DNA of 64,000 nucleotides, taken from Trichoplax adhaerens. Its lineage: Eukaryota > Animalia > Placozoa. The notes under the pieces are model-generated. The model saw nothing but the letters and a program-made list of their open reading frames with translations, searched no databases and was not told the origin of the DNA. Both the position numbers and the translations under genes were made by a program. The stretch is taken from assembly GCF_000150275.1 (NCBI RefSeq), contig NW_002060947.1, positions 7,053,880-7,117,879 of the forward strand, given 5' to 3'. The stretch's first letter is position 1. Every line of letters starts with the position of its first letter. Shown here in pieces: positions 11,985 through 34,499 of the stretch.

Positions 11985-14456
11985 CAAACTGTAGTGTTTC
12001 TGCAGAAATCTTGCTATTGAAACAGTGACTATCTCAAGTAGGATGGACTTGATGAAAAAATTTTAAAGTTACAGTCTGTAGATGTCAATTTTTGGATTGT
12101 AAGCTTGAAAGCTGTTTTAAATATTTCTTTCGTAAAGGATTTCCAAAACGTGAATATTATTTCTATAATGTATTATACACTATGCATTATTATCTCTATA
12201 AATATTTTCCACGCAGCGAATGCATGTTGTATATACGAGTATTTTGTAGACACAACTTTCTAAATTCATTATAATGTCATATAATCTGTTATTCACTTTT
12301 AATGACGAATATTTCAATTACAGTCAAAACCTACCCAAGCATTGTACGTGAGAAGTGCTTTTATGCTAATAAACATCTCGATAAGTTTTCGTTAGCAAAA
12401 TTTCTTTGCATGTGTATACGTATGACTCGTTCAATCTCGCTAATCAGAAAAGCTTTCATTCCGTTAGCTATATGGAGTACGCGGCTTCTGTACGTAAAGG
12501 AGTACAAATGATGCCCAAATGATTCTCTTGCCAAAGTTAGCCTTTAAAGTGACCTTCCTATGTTACATCTTTTGCTAAGCCATTTCCTACTTTCCCTCAA
12601 TAATCACGCCTTAAGTCTCTACTGATTTCAATTCCATATGTAATTATCGATTGCAGTCATTCGTAAAACTCATAGATATTACGTCAAGAGAAATCTTTAA
12701 GTTAATGAAGCGAATACAATCTTGCAAAAGTTATAGATGCTGAAATAGATAAATTTCGACATTTCTGGCAATAAAGGTAGAAGGTAGACGAAACTTTTCA
12801 AGAATAGCACTACATATAAACCACGTTGATTACGCATAGTTTTAGTCCAATCAAACCTTCATATCTGCTTTTTCAATCAGTGTCATTAATTATTAAATCT
12901 TTAGTTATTTAAGGCTACTATGCCTTGGATAATTTATTTTTTCGCACTTTGATGTACGTCAATAACAAGCACTCGTATGTTTACGGCATCTGTAGCCAAT
13001 TTTTAGAAATAAGCATAGTTAGAAGTTCGAATAATATTGAAAGTACGAAAGTATACAAAAATTTCAAAAGGTCCATTAATTGTCGACAACATGCACGATG
13101 TTTTGTAATTATTTGAAGGCAGGTTTAACTTGCAAAACTGGATATAATTATCAATCCATGTTGGATTGATATCGAAAATGAATTACGATTCAAGAAACAA
13201 TGATTGCAAATTTATTGGCAAGAGTTATTCCATATACGATTGATGAAATCCACAATCTCAAATCACAGAATCATACGGGCGTGGCATTACAAGGCAGTGG
13301 ACTAAAATTTTTAAATTCGTTCTACATATAGGATCGAATTGAAATTCATACACAAGAGGCCTTAACTAATTATTTTAAACACTGACGAAATTAAAATGTA
13401 TCAGTAACATAATGTCTCGTACGTGTACTACTGAAAACTTTCTTAAAATACAATTGTATGAATGTATCAATGCAATAAACTTCTTGTAGATTCAATCAAG
13501 ACTATGACTTTGAAATATGTCTTAGCTACGCAAGGCCTGCTGTAAATTTTCCTTTTGAAGTGTGAACGAATTTTATATAGGATGTAATATAGATCAACGG
13601 AAAAAAGTAATAACTGTATATACGGCATTTGCGCGTCTATGCACGTAAATTATTTACAGTATGGAATTGACACAGAGTACAAGATATGGAAGCCGAGGGA
13701 ACTAACAGTAAATTATATCGCGACCAGACTTAAACTGTGCAGTTTACACCACATACGAGTATTATGGTACAAGACTATCTTTTAGACAAAGCAAAGTAAA
13801 TATAGCTTCTTGTAAGCCTCAAATCTCTCAAGATTTGACCCAAATTCGTATCCGTAAATCGGAAACAATTTACTTTTGATAAATTGCTACAAAGAAACAA
13901 GGTAAATGATTTTCCGAACCCTTAAACAACCATCAATTACTTAATGACTTAATAAATAAACAGGTATCTATTATTTTGACTATTTAACGTATGTTATTTC
14001 AATCACAGTTCATATTAGGTTTTTAATATAGTAAAATTTGGGGGGCAAAATATCGTAATGGAAAGTCACCGAAATAGAAAGCTCCTACATTATTGTAATA
14101 CAACTACTGTACATTACATCTTGTAAAGATGGGGTGCAGCAGAGTAGAATTAATAAAAACAATTACAGAAAACAATGTAGTGATTAATTTTTAAAAGTCT
14201 TAGTAGGCTCTACTAATGGATTAGAATCCGTCACTCTTTCTTTCTTGCATTTCATACTATAAAATGAGTACATGAAGCTTCCGATGAAAGTCAGTACGCT
14301 TGCTACCACTCGCCTGATAGGCACCTACTTACTAAAATCAAGGTAACCGTATCAAACCATACAAGGATACTTCGTATTCACTTGTACTTTGTAATGGTTT
14401 GCTACGTCTAATTGGCATAGATAGCTATACTACAAATAGGATAGTTAGGCATAGTA

Positions 14457-16590
14457 CTATTTCTCTTTTTTACTATCTTGATCATTCTTTGCGTCTTCTG
14501 GTTGTTTTTCTTTGAGCTCTTCTTCTCTCTGAGCCGCTTCTTCTGGTGTCAATAGTTTGCCAACGACAGGATATCTATCTAAAAACTGCATTTCCCATTC
14601 ACGCAACGAATCCATTTGCATGCTATTCAAGTCTGATAAATCGTCGATTTCATCTTTTACAGCATCTTTCTCCAGTGAAAACGTTGCTAAGCCTCTGCTA
14701 GCGTCATGTCCAGCAAAAACCTGATACGGTCCACCTGGAATACATCAGTGTATAATGAATTCTTAATTACAGTCTGCTTAACATTATTACACTTCTCGAG
14801 ATATAAGCGATTTCACGAAATACATTTGACAAATTGACAGTGTTCAACATATTGAAATGACATCTCTTAAATGGAACTACTGATTCAACTTTTTTGAACA
14901 TCTTCGAGGATAGCAGCGTATGTAAATATGTCGTACATCGTATGACCATCAATGTACACTATTTCACTGTTAGGCATAAGCTTTTCTATTTTCATCTTCA
15001 TAGCACCGAATAGACATTACAGACTGTATACAGTATACGGTGCTATGGAGATGAAAATACGGTAATGCAATATACATTCTTTGATAATTACAATTAATGA
15101 GCAAGAATGATAAAGGGTAGAGTAAATAGCGATTGATCAGAATGTGCTGTACACTGGTGATATAAACACTTGTACAGTAGTATATCAATTTATCAGTTCA
15201 ACGAGAGATCATGGAATACTGATGATGTTCAAGGTAAGCAATCAATGTAAGCTTTAAGGAGAAGGTAGGCATGGCCGAGGGTTACCTATTCTTATTGCAG
15301 TAAGCGATGCGTCTTACGAGTAATTCAGTATGATTAATAACAATTTCTGAATGAATATCAAGGTATACTGAAGAATTTATCTACAGCAATATGTTGATGC
15401 ATTCATCTACGTATATTATTTTACAGCCAAGAGGAAACACTGTACTACTGTGGCAGATACAGTGTCAGCTACAACTGCAAGTACGGATTTGGCTGCACTC
15501 ATATTGCGACAACTGTAATGTGCGTACAAGATCCAGAAATGTTCTCATCGATAGGTGGCACATCTTCGTAGAGCGTAATATAGACATGCACTACTGTATA
15601 CTAAATCTGTTCGATCTTATGGTGTCATTGATAGAAAGCAATTTTTCAACTCTTTGCTATTGATAGCTTGCACCTTATTGAGCCAGTAAGTACTGTTGCA
15701 TGGAATCTTTCATATGGAAAAGGTAATATTTTAAGCTTGCGATAATGACTATAATACACTCATTCAGTGAAACTATTGCAGGAAACTACTCCCTGTTACC
15801 AGTGATATGAAATTATGACGATAGGATTGCGTGAAACAGTACGTCAAGCGTTGTAATCATAGAATCGTTGTTAGCTAATGTTTTCATCTGTTGTAAAAAG
15901 TTTCAAGCTATAAGATGATGTGATGAGAATAGAGTATCCTATCTCGGTAGTAAGACTACAGTACTGTAGAGGCGAAATGGAGTTTCTTCCTTCTAGCGAT
16001 CATCTCGCAGTTTATTCAAGACAAAAACACTGGGTATAGCGTATGTGCTATGCGCTACCTCTTTGTATGATCATTTGTGATCAGAATTTCTTGTTTTTTA
16101 GAGTAGAAAGTTGAATCGATCATCGTTGCTCATTCGTAATTGGTAGTTGATCACTTTCTTCCTGTACAAGCCTACAGTATACTACTGTATTTATTACTCA
16201 TGGTTGGTTTAATGAAAGGATTGGTGTATCTAGTTGTCAATACTGTAGTGTAGATGGTCTAACAGTTTATCGTGTCATGGTTTTGATGATCGCACAGCAC
16301 TGCATAGTCTAGAAATTCAAGTTACCTGGACCATACACACTCCGACGGCGAGAAACATCGAAAACTTTACTATTGATAGCCATCAAAACGCGTTTATCTT
16401 TGATACCATCATATTGGCTTAGTTCAGTTAAGGTAAAATCGCGTGGTTCCATTGGTGGTAACTCTTCTTCCTTTTCTTCTGGCATCTCGGATTTTCCAGA
16501 AGCGCTGAAAAATAACTTATACACTAAAAATAAAATAGCCACTATCAATACAGCATTCACAGATGTGTTTCCTTCTAGAAATTCCAGCAT
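14457..16590 (-). CDS. PGRMC1: Membrane-associated progesterone receptor component (PGRMC1/2-like, cytochrome b5-like domain)
   Basis: Exon 1 16590-16326: N-terminal TM helix, [28 protein letters not shown]. Exon 2 14734-14457: [20 protein letters not shown]...DDLSDL...SLREWEMQF...YPVVGKLL, stop TAG. Confidence 0.92.
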
Positions 16591-16821
16591 CTCTGTCCTG
16601 ATTGCCTTCTCAACTTGAATTTGATGTAGAGTAATTGCTTGATGAGTAGCGATCGCAGAAACGCTTTGATCAACTGTTCTTGTATTGCCAACCGTCGAGG
16701 ATTAATCGCTAGTCTGCAAGAACAGCTGCGAGCCTCGGCCAAATCCTCTTAGTCATGACTACCTAGTGTTGGAAATACGATACTAGACAGTACTGTACTC
16801 CACTGTCTACGTTGCTGCTGG

Positions 16822-17208
16822 CTGACGCTGGTACTCATGCGCAGTTCTATCACTCGTTTTGCAGCACTGTAGCGTACTGTACTGTACTGTACTGTACAGT
16901 ATCTCCAATTCATACCTACTGTACACTGTACGTACAGTACTGTGCACTGGAGTCGAAACTGTGGAGAAAACGTACAGTACTCTACTGTACGAGTGTACGT
17001 CCGTCCCAATGCGGCAGTATCCACTTTTGGACGGGAACATGGTATTCCTGACGCTGATACTCATGCGCAGTTCTATCAAGCACTCGTTTTGCAGCACTGT
17101 AGTGTACAGTGTACAGTACAATGTACAGTATCTCCAATTCATACCTACTGTACTGTACGAGTGTACGTCCGTCCCAATGCGGCAGTATCCACTTTTGTAT
17201 GGGAACAT
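16822..17208. repeat. Two-copy direct repeat (~160-226 bp) upstream of PGRMC
   Basis: CTGACGCTG.TACTCATGCGCAGTTCTATCA...GTCCCAATGCGGCAGTATCCACTTTTG..GGGAACAT occurs at 16822 and again at 17048; the second copy has an internal deletion. Confidence 0.9.
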
Positions 17209-20200
17209 ATTAATATCCATGACGGATAGTTCGTTTATGCTAGGATAATCCTGATGTTGCAAAACAGTCAATTGGTTGCTGTCGACTACTGTGAATAGGA
17301 AGTATTTACAGATGGTATGAAAAGGATGAAAAAAGAAGTGGAGTAGTCCCTGGATACTGACTAGCACAACGGTGCTTATTTACACTACAGTGTGCAGTAC
17401 TGTACACTGTACAGTACGGTACAGTACAGTACAGTAAAGCAGTAAACAATCAACAATAGGATTGTGTAGAGGACGGCTGCACCGTACGGACACTACAGTA
17501 CACTCTTTTCAGTACTGTACTGTGTGTACTGTACTGTACAGTGTATCATAGAGAATACTGTACTAAAGAAGAGTTTTTTTTGGACTGTAGAAGTTTACAA
17601 TAATATTTTTCAACGCGCGTATACAGTACTGTAGTGTACATTACATATTATTATATTACGATTACCAATGGTATTTCATATGACTGTTGGACGGAATACT
17701 GGACGGAATACTGGTGTGATGATGGATTAACCATGCTTTATTTCCTTATTTGCTCTTAATGACCATTATTTCTTCATCTGCTCTTAATGACCATTATTTT
17801 TCGGTTATTAGGATTGCTGAATCGAATATTCGTACATGTATGATGACGGATTACGCATATTATTACTTATTTTATACCAATAATTTAGTCGGTATGTGAA
17901 GATATTTCGTTTTAGAATAATAAAAGATTTCATAAACTATTATACTGCGCCGTAATTAGTGTACAGTAGTATAAATCAGACGATTATATATTTTTTCTTA
18001 GTGTAGTTAGGTAACATACAATATCAATTTTTCACTTGTATATGCTTGTAGATTAGATTGCATGGTATACAGTATATTAATTTGAGGCATGATGATTGCT
18101 TGTACTGTACGGTATTCATTCGTATACTATTGTGGCAATTCACACTTGTTGCTAAGATTCGCAAGGAACTGTAGTGCAGTTACAATAACTCAGTCTACTT
18201 CTCCCAGTATTTTTAGTCTGCATGCCAGCGATATACACTCTGAGAACTCGCTTTCTCGGCTAAATTCCACACACAACTGATTCATTGGTATACTTTCGTT
18301 AAAAAGACGACTCCTGTATGCTTCTTAAGCGATTACACTATTTTATAACCACACGTGCTTTTAAACAGATTTGTGCGGTGAATTTTAGTGTAGCCTACAA
18401 TAGAGTAAAATCGTGATTTTACAAATTACGTAAATCAGTATATACAATTACTAACTAAATAGGTAGATATTGTGAGACCTAGCCAGCTGCAGGCTATCGA
18501 GTGTTAAAGTGTTCAACCTCCGTCTAGATACAATTCAATTGTTAGAGCTTACATCAAACTATGTTGCCAAATTTTTGATGGCAGTGAATTATTTACTAAT
18601 CAATAATGACTTACATTTAGTTTGTAACGCAGTACCGTGACAAATATAGAACACACTGTTACAATATTACAATTCGTTTTCATTATAATGAATATAATTA
18701 AATAAAAGACGTATTTATTCGGTTATTTTTATACTTACTAATTATGATACTATATTGAACTACTGCATAATTTGACAATTTCCTTTGGCAGTTTTACGCA
18801 ATGAGATGATGGAATATGATAACATGAATGTAACTTAATCGTCGTACAATTTGTATGACTGAACAATGGAATGGAATGATTAAACTTCTGCCACATGCGT
18901 GATATACGATGTAAATATTATAGAGGATAAGTGTTTATATACGATCTTACAAGATATTAATTGAATACAAGTTTCTCGATATTGCAAAATTTTGATTCTT
19001 TATAGAAATATTTGTATCGATTATATATACTCGCATTAATGATAATGAGATAACGAATAATAATGAATTTGCTCGATCTCATTGTTACTAATTGACGTGA
19101 ATGTTGTCTATAAATTAAATAAAAGTTATATCGTAAATTATTGCTTACTGTAGGACAGTGCGTTGGTTGCGTTATTAATTTCGAATTTCTTTCATGTCTA
19201 TCTTTGGGATAGCATCAATGCTTAAGGACTAGTTATAACCCTGGTAGTATCGATGGAACAATCAGTAAAGTCTCTGAGTAGAATCTTTACAAAATGTAGG
19301 CGAACCGGCAAAGATAGCGATGTTGAAAGTTGAGATGAAACGAAAATTAAAGTTCGCGTATTTGTACTTTACTTTCGTTTGCATCCTTTAATTATAATAA
19401 CTACCAAGCTAAGACTACCATCACTGTAGATAAGCAAATTTAGGAATCATCTTTGTTGATAACTGCTTTACATTGCTAATGCCATCGAGATACCTGATCT
19501 AGCATTGCAATAGCTATAAATTAACAGAATTGAGCTGTATGTAGTAGGTCGATTTGAAGTTGTGTACTAACCATAGACAATGATGTCTATCAATTGAATT
19601 TGATGCACTGATTAGTATTTCTTTACACATATGATATTCCTATTATTGCTAGACATGATTTCATCATTTCAAAGAATAAATATGCGTATGACTGTAGTTG
19701 ATAGTTAATAAAATGATTTTAACGGTGTATTTGAGGTAATAGAGTGTCAGATTACTGCTGAAGAGCTTTTATAGTTCAATTATACGAAAGGAAACCACTT
19801 GGCAGGATAGAATGATGAAATTTTTTAAGCTATCAGATATATTGGATGACATGGAAAGTTAGTCTGACTAGTCTATTATTTTAAAGAGAGTCATGTCGAG
19901 AATCGAGAAAGAAGAACTATTCTTGTTATACTCCTCTTACTCTCTGTGACTCAGACTCCTTACTAACCTCAGCTGTTACTCCCAGCAACACAATGCGCAA
20001 ATCTTAAAACTTTAAAATTAATTTTTATGCACGTGTCCTTATTTCCGACGTAACTTAGTAATTTCAATTTCTACAAAACGCGATTACTAACAACGTTATG
20101 ATTCTACAAGAACTGCCCCTGGTGCTGACACACGAGTCTATTTATCCCTTCGTGACGCGGTTCTCAGTCGAACTAACTTGGACAGTACGATACCCAAGAC

Positions 20201-22622
20201 AACCTACCAGCTACCGTATACAATAGGAATCGATGATCTATTTCGTTAACCTTATGCGATGTCCAATTATTTCTTATGCCATTCTGCGTAGTCGACTTTA
20301 CTACCATTAACATATTACAATAAATCTATTTTCCCCCTTGGAGCCTTCGCCTTTTATTTCTCTGGGAGCTCTTGTCCACTTGTGTTCCGCTCATTTCCGA
20401 GCATGATTTTATCCTGCCGTAAGGAGCTCCGTTCTCGGTAGTGTTTCCTTGAGTAGCTGCACCTTTCTCGTCATCCTTCTTCCCTTATTCTTCTGCTGTC
20501 GTTGATTGCCCGTCTGCCATTTCGGAAGGGAGAAGCGGCTGTAATGGGTGATCTGATTTATTTAATTTTATTCGATAGTTATAAATTGATCATCGGTAAA
20601 TAATTTTAGTTTGTCTACAGTAATTTCGTAATTGAGAGGCTGACACCGACGAGGACGAGGTCGTGACACTTTTACACGGTATATGGCATTTTTGTACATA
20701 AGTTATCAGAACTAACAATATTTCGACAGCAAAATTATGCTACTTCTTCTTAGTTAACCGGTTAATAATTAGTTACGCTGCTCTCGTACAATTTTCCCTA
20801 ATCCATAATGGATGAGATACGATTCCCTTAATGATTATTACTATAATTATACTGTAGAGTCTAGATATTGTCGCTAGGATTCATGGAAGATTGTATATAT
20901 CTTATCACTTGCTGTAAGTACAGTACTGTAATTTTTAATGAAAGATGCAAGCAATTTTATAAGTCTTGACCACTGCAGAGTTGTATCGAATTTACTGCTA
21001 GCCCTCTTCGATTGAAAATATGCATACCGCATTAGTATACGTCTGTGCGTGTTATCACAAAATGAGATAAGCACACAAAATTCTTATCATGTTAACTTTG
21101 TAGCTTAGTTTCAGGTTTCAGTTCCTTATTCTCGCATATTACTAAATGCCATAACGGAAATGAATTTTCGAGGCACAAATTCTGAAATCGGTTAAATTTA
21201 AACTTATCCCTAGTTTTTCATTTCAAGCGCTAGGTTATTGGTTACTTTTTATTTTATGTATTACAAGAGTTTTTGACATCGTCCTAATAATCTACGTATG
21301 ATTCATCTTCCCTAACTACGAACTAAAACTCTATCAAGCATCCTATCAGAATTAAACTGATTAATCTATTGCCTTGCAACAATTTCTTGTAAACTGAAAA
21401 CTTCATTCCGTAGGCACAAACTTGTAAGTGCAGCGCTAATTAAAATTAAATACGTACATTACTGCCTTAACATGCTTGCAGATTAAACGTTTGCAATGCA
21501 AATCCTTACGATCTAAGACGATAAATAACTGATACATCCTGGCTAATCTTGGATAAGTAAGGTGAAGAAAAGTCTTAACTCATATTTTTTAATAAATCTC
21601 ATCTTATAGACAACTACGCGTATACTTAAAGCAGTCAAAACGATCCTCCTCATATAACCAGTGATAAAGAATTTACTGTCGAACAGTATAACAAGGTAAT
21701 TTAGATCATCAGCAATCGTAGAGCTTGCCAATAGTAAGTTAGGTACTGAATATTCAGTAACCAGACGCTTATCAATACCAATCCAATAGCTTGAACGTCT
21801 CAACCGAGCAACGATCAATTGCTGCTCAAGAACCGTTGAAGGACAAATGCTATCATCCCTCATCAACGGCTATTTAAAAGTGTGGATACACAATTTATCG
21901 AATACTACGCTCTTGACACTGTACTGTAAAACTAAGCACACTGGAATAATAAACCTTTAAAATATGCTCAGACTACTATAGTATCAAATAAAGATTAAAA
22001 TCATGTTGCTATGCAATGCATGTTAGCTTCTATTACATTATAATACACAATAAGTGCAACACATATTAGTGAATAATTGAAATCTTACTGCAATTTGCAT
22101 ATAGGTATAACTAACATTTGTATGTATAATCTTCGTGCTATAGCATTCATTAATGTAATAAAACAAAATATGTATAACATAAGACCGTACTTACTATGAC
22201 GTGCAAAGAAGTTTTTCACTCAATCTTACCACTACAGCAATAAATTTTTTCGTGTTGTACCCTTAGTATATTGCTATAGCATGATCTTGAAGACGGCGAA
22301 AAAAAGCAAGGAAAAATTAAAGCATCGAAAACTTACCATTACTACCAAATATGTCAAAGTTGTTGTTCAGTAGCAGCAGCAATTCACAGTAAGCATTTAA
22401 GAAAACATGTTAAAGTAATGTCAACTACAGTTATTGATCAATTTTACCTATATGGATACAGCTTCGTTCAGTAAGTAACGCATAATACATATGTATAGTA
22501 TTTATAACAAAATGTGATTAACAGCTAAATAGGAAATAAAGAAATACATCATTAGCAATTAATATAACATTTCAGAGGAATTCACATCTTCATATCGACA
22601 TTTTGCAGCGGATTGATGATTA

Positions 22623-30716
<8,094 letters not shown>

Positions 30717-31508
30717 CGTGATGATTACATCAGTCTTTCAAGGGTAGAAAATTCCTTAAAATGTTTTTTTGTTCGGCCTTAATAATAATATTGATGCACT
30801 ACCGCGTATTTGCAGCTCTTTCAGTACTCCGTCAATCGAGTATTGTTGCAATTAAATAAAGGTTTAGAGGTTGGCGTATGCAAAATATTATACCGACAGG
30901 GTGAGTTTAATCTTGTCCAGATGTCCCTTCCGCCTGTTACATCCAGTCCAGAACCAGTCCAGTACCAGTCCATTGCAAGACAGTTCTGTATGCACGTTCA
31001 CCGAGGTACAGTGGTACAGTACCGTTCAGTACAGGTCCATCAAACAGTACAGTATGTTGCGATGAAAGAGATTTTGACACTCTAGTGTCGCGAATCTCTG
31101 TTGGCGACCCTATTGAACCTTACACAGGTCTAGTACAGTGGTGGACTACTCAATATGAAATCTTGTACTGTACAGTACTGTGTACTGTGTGTTACAATGA
31201 ATATACTGTACTGTACTCAGGTGAGTGCACTGTAGTGCACAGTACAAACCAAACTCGCTACAGTACATACAGTACTTACAGGGGGTGATAATTGGGTTTG
31301 TAGAGGGTGTACTGTACAGTGTACAGTACAGTACAGTACTGTACTGTACCGCTCAAACGGCTCCGTACTGAGTCGGAGTGACATACTGTACAGTACTGTA
31401 CACTACAGTACTGTACTGTATCAATACGACCGTCAACCAGACTCTCATTGGACGTACTGTACTCAAGCAAATAGGCCAACTGTGAACGAAAATTTCGAAG
31501 GAATAAAA

Positions 31509-32498
31509 ATGTCTCTGATCGAGGAGCTGCAAGATAACTTTGGCAGTGGATTGAATATAAAACTATGTAAGCATTATACGGAAACGTATTTAGAATTCGA
31601 TTTATACAATCAGGAACCGTTTTGGCAGAGTAAAAAGAAAAATTGGCCCACATTATCGCAAATGTTGAACGACATTAAAAACTGGCTTAATCAGATTACT
31701 GAAATAGCTCACGATAATACGAAAGCAAAATTAAATGATTTAATCAAAGATTTTAGATTCAAAACTTTACAGAAAATGATTTTATATACGGCAAATGGTG
31801 AAGACGAAGGGACACAAACTATTGAAATCGTGGACAAAATGGTTAAATCTCTCATAGATAAGACTAAAGATTCATCTTTTACAGCACATAAAGATAAAAA
31901 AATAAGCTATCAAATTGGTGAAGCGACATTGTTTCTAAAAGACGCTTCATCCAGTATAGTCCCGCGATCTTTAACACCAAGTTTTATTTGCGAAGTTCAT
32001 GAAATATTAATGAAAGATTTGATGAGTGGGTGTTCTTCGGAAGAGGGAAAATATCGCTCTGCTAAAGCGTTTACAAAATATGCCCACGAACAGATTGACT
32101 ATGAGGATCCCGAGCATATCGAAAATAGGCTTTGTCACCTTTGTGATCATTACAATTACATGCTGGTCTTCATTTATGAAATTAGGAATGACAAGCAAAA
32201 GCAAATGGAAATCGTTTTCAAGTGTTGTGCATGGTTTATCTTAAATTTTTTAAAGATACATCCATTTAGTGATGGTAACGGTAGAACAGCAAGATTGATA
32301 GCTAGTTATATATTAGGGATTATCTCACCTATCGAAATTCCTATCTATAATGTTTATAGTGACTCAAATAAAGAAGAGTATGTGCAAACAATAAAACTTG
32401 GTCAACAGGATTGTAGCAAACGAGGTTTACTAGCAATTATGATCATTGAAAGTTGTTGGCATATGCTGTTTGATCTTGCAAAGAAAATGAAATTGTAG
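31509..32498 (+). CDS. Fic (Fido) domain protein, intronless, not FICD/HYPE architecture
   Basis: Canonical catalytic motif HPFSDGNGRTAR, upstream I.EVH..LM...GKYR, and a candidate inhibitory helix TANGED (S/TxxxE). First ATG at 31509. No TM or TPR region seen. Confidence 0.9.
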   Translation: MSLIEELQDNFGSGLNIKLCKHYTETYLEFDLYNQEPFWQSKKKNWPTLSQMLNDIKNWLNQITEIAHDNTKAKLNDLIKDFRFKTLQKMILYTANGEDEGTQTIEIVDKMVKSLIDKTKDSSFTAHKDKKISYQIGEATLFLKDASSSIVPRSLTPSFICEVHEILMKDLMSGCSSEEGKYRSAKAFTKYAHEQIDYEDPEHIENRLCHLCDHYNYMLVFIYEIRNDKQKQMEIVFKCCAWFILNFLKIHPFSDGNGRTARLIASYILGIISPIEIPIYNVYSDSNKEEYVQTIKLGQQDCSKRGLLAIMIIESCWHMLFDLAKKMKL

Positions 32499-34499
32499 TC
32501 TTAACAAGCGATCGTAATTGACCAGTGAAACTTGGTATATCGTGAAATTAAAATTATAAGTTTACGGGTTTACTTGAAGATTTTGCAAAGGTAAATTGGA
32601 TAGTTCTATTACCATCCTTTCTAAGCGTAATGTAATCTATTTTTGCCTACCAATAATTCTCTTTTTTATTTATTGAAATGAAGTTAATGATGAAAAATTT
32701 ATTTATAATTAGTGTAAAATTTTCTTTACTTTTTAAAAGCAGCTGTGCATATTTTACAGCTTTTTCTCTTATCTATATGATTCAGTATTAGTCGTAGATA
32801 TCCATGCTCGTAAGTGTTGTAATGTTAATTTGGTTATTGAGTAGCAATTGATTAAAGTTAAGATGAATCGCCAATTTAAAATGTAATCACTTTTAGCCGC
32901 TGCTGAAGATGTTATTATTGTGCTGTACAAGTCATCTCCTGACCTGAGCGAGCAGACTACGAATAAACAAAATAAGGAATACTTTATAAGCTTTTGATTT
33001 CAACAATATAAATTAGGGAAAGTCATCCTGCTAGATTACTCGTCTTCTAACATGCATTTACGTTAGTTCATTGAAAAGTAGAGATATTTTTACAGGAAAG
33101 TAGTTGGTTTATTATATTTGTATGTTTACAATAAACTTTCAATAATAAAAACTATTCTACATCGTGGTTGATCTTTCGTCCCTTAACAAATATATTCATT
33201 ATTTAATGAATAAGTAGAGATATAAGAATAAAATATTAATTACATAAATATACTATTAGAAGAAATTTGCTATTGGGATATTGTAATTGCTAGAGGTATC
33301 TTCGGAAATTTAAATATTAAGCTATCTTATTCACACTTTAAACTTTGATATACTCTACGATACATATACAAAGCTCATAGAGGTTAGTATGTTGCAAATA
33401 CTGTAATGAAAAGCATTAAATACTAATTTTGTATTACAGAATGGAAGAATATGTCAGTGTCACAAAACATCTTCGTGACAAGCATTTCATAAAAGAATCT
33501 CGAAAATTTTCGGATAAAAAATCACTAAACTCTTCACAAGGATTTTAAGACGCCTTCGCTTTTACGCTATACGACTACAGAATCAATTTTATTCACTATC
33601 TGCCGAGTTTATGTACATTACGGCACAGCTAGCTTTGATGAATCAACTTAACAATGTGACACTTTATTCGAATCAGACAGCTAAATTAATGCAGCAATAT
33701 TTATATCAATGGTCACCTACTGACCTATTTTAGATAACTGGACTATATTGTATTGTAGCAAAGTGAAATTTGTAACATGAAAAAGTATAACTATTTTAGA
33801 AATTACAAACTGCATGCCTAGTATCAGGTTTGTTCTCCCTGATATCTACCAACAGTGCGACTCTAAATACTGGTAATCTCCTATCGCCAAGAGGAACAGT
33901 TACACTCCTAGTCTCCTTTAGACAAATTGAATACAAACGTTATTAAAAAATCGTTCAATTTTAGTAAATCTACGTAAACATTAATTATTAGTTTATAGAT
34001 AATATTATAAAACTATTCAGTTATCCGTTAAAAGTGTGTATAATGTCGTAGATAAATTAATGTCAACACATTCCTAGATATGTTACCTTATGCAAAGTAT
34101 ATTACAACAGCTATGCAATAGTTACTGTACTCCATAACATATTTACCAATTTACAGAATCATTTACATTGTAAGCAGTAATTGAATAATTTTAAATTATC
34201 AATCAGAAATAGAATCGCAAGGTGTAGTATCTTAAACGATTAATATCAATTACTATATAAGATTTTTTATTGCAGAACAGCATATAATTTACCGTACCGA
34301 ATTATAAGCACAATGACTCCTTCTTTAATTAATTGTAATCAAAATAAGAATGTTAAATTCCTTAATTTATTCATTTAGTTTTTCACGATAATTCGATCCA
34401 TGGCAGTCCGTTGCAATAATACAATTTTATGGTACTTACTAGCACTATTATGTACTATATGCATGTACGACGGGTATTTATATATAAATGTTTTTATGT

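Noticed and set aside
16749-17367. Several overlapping Y/C/T/V/S-rich ORFs (similar ones at 10-201, 28667-29108, 30810-31653, 41306-41557)
   Set aside because: Translations of TACTG/TACAG repeat arrays, not protein-like.
21543-21960. 107-aa minus ORF and a nearly open plus frame downstream of OGT
   Set aside because: No recognisable motif, non-ATG start, no convincing exon structure.
31482-31508. GTG start given by the ORF track for the Fic gene (likewise non-ATG starts at 307 and 57487)
   Set aside because: Eukaryotic context; the first in-frame ATGs (31509, 406, 57559) were used instead.
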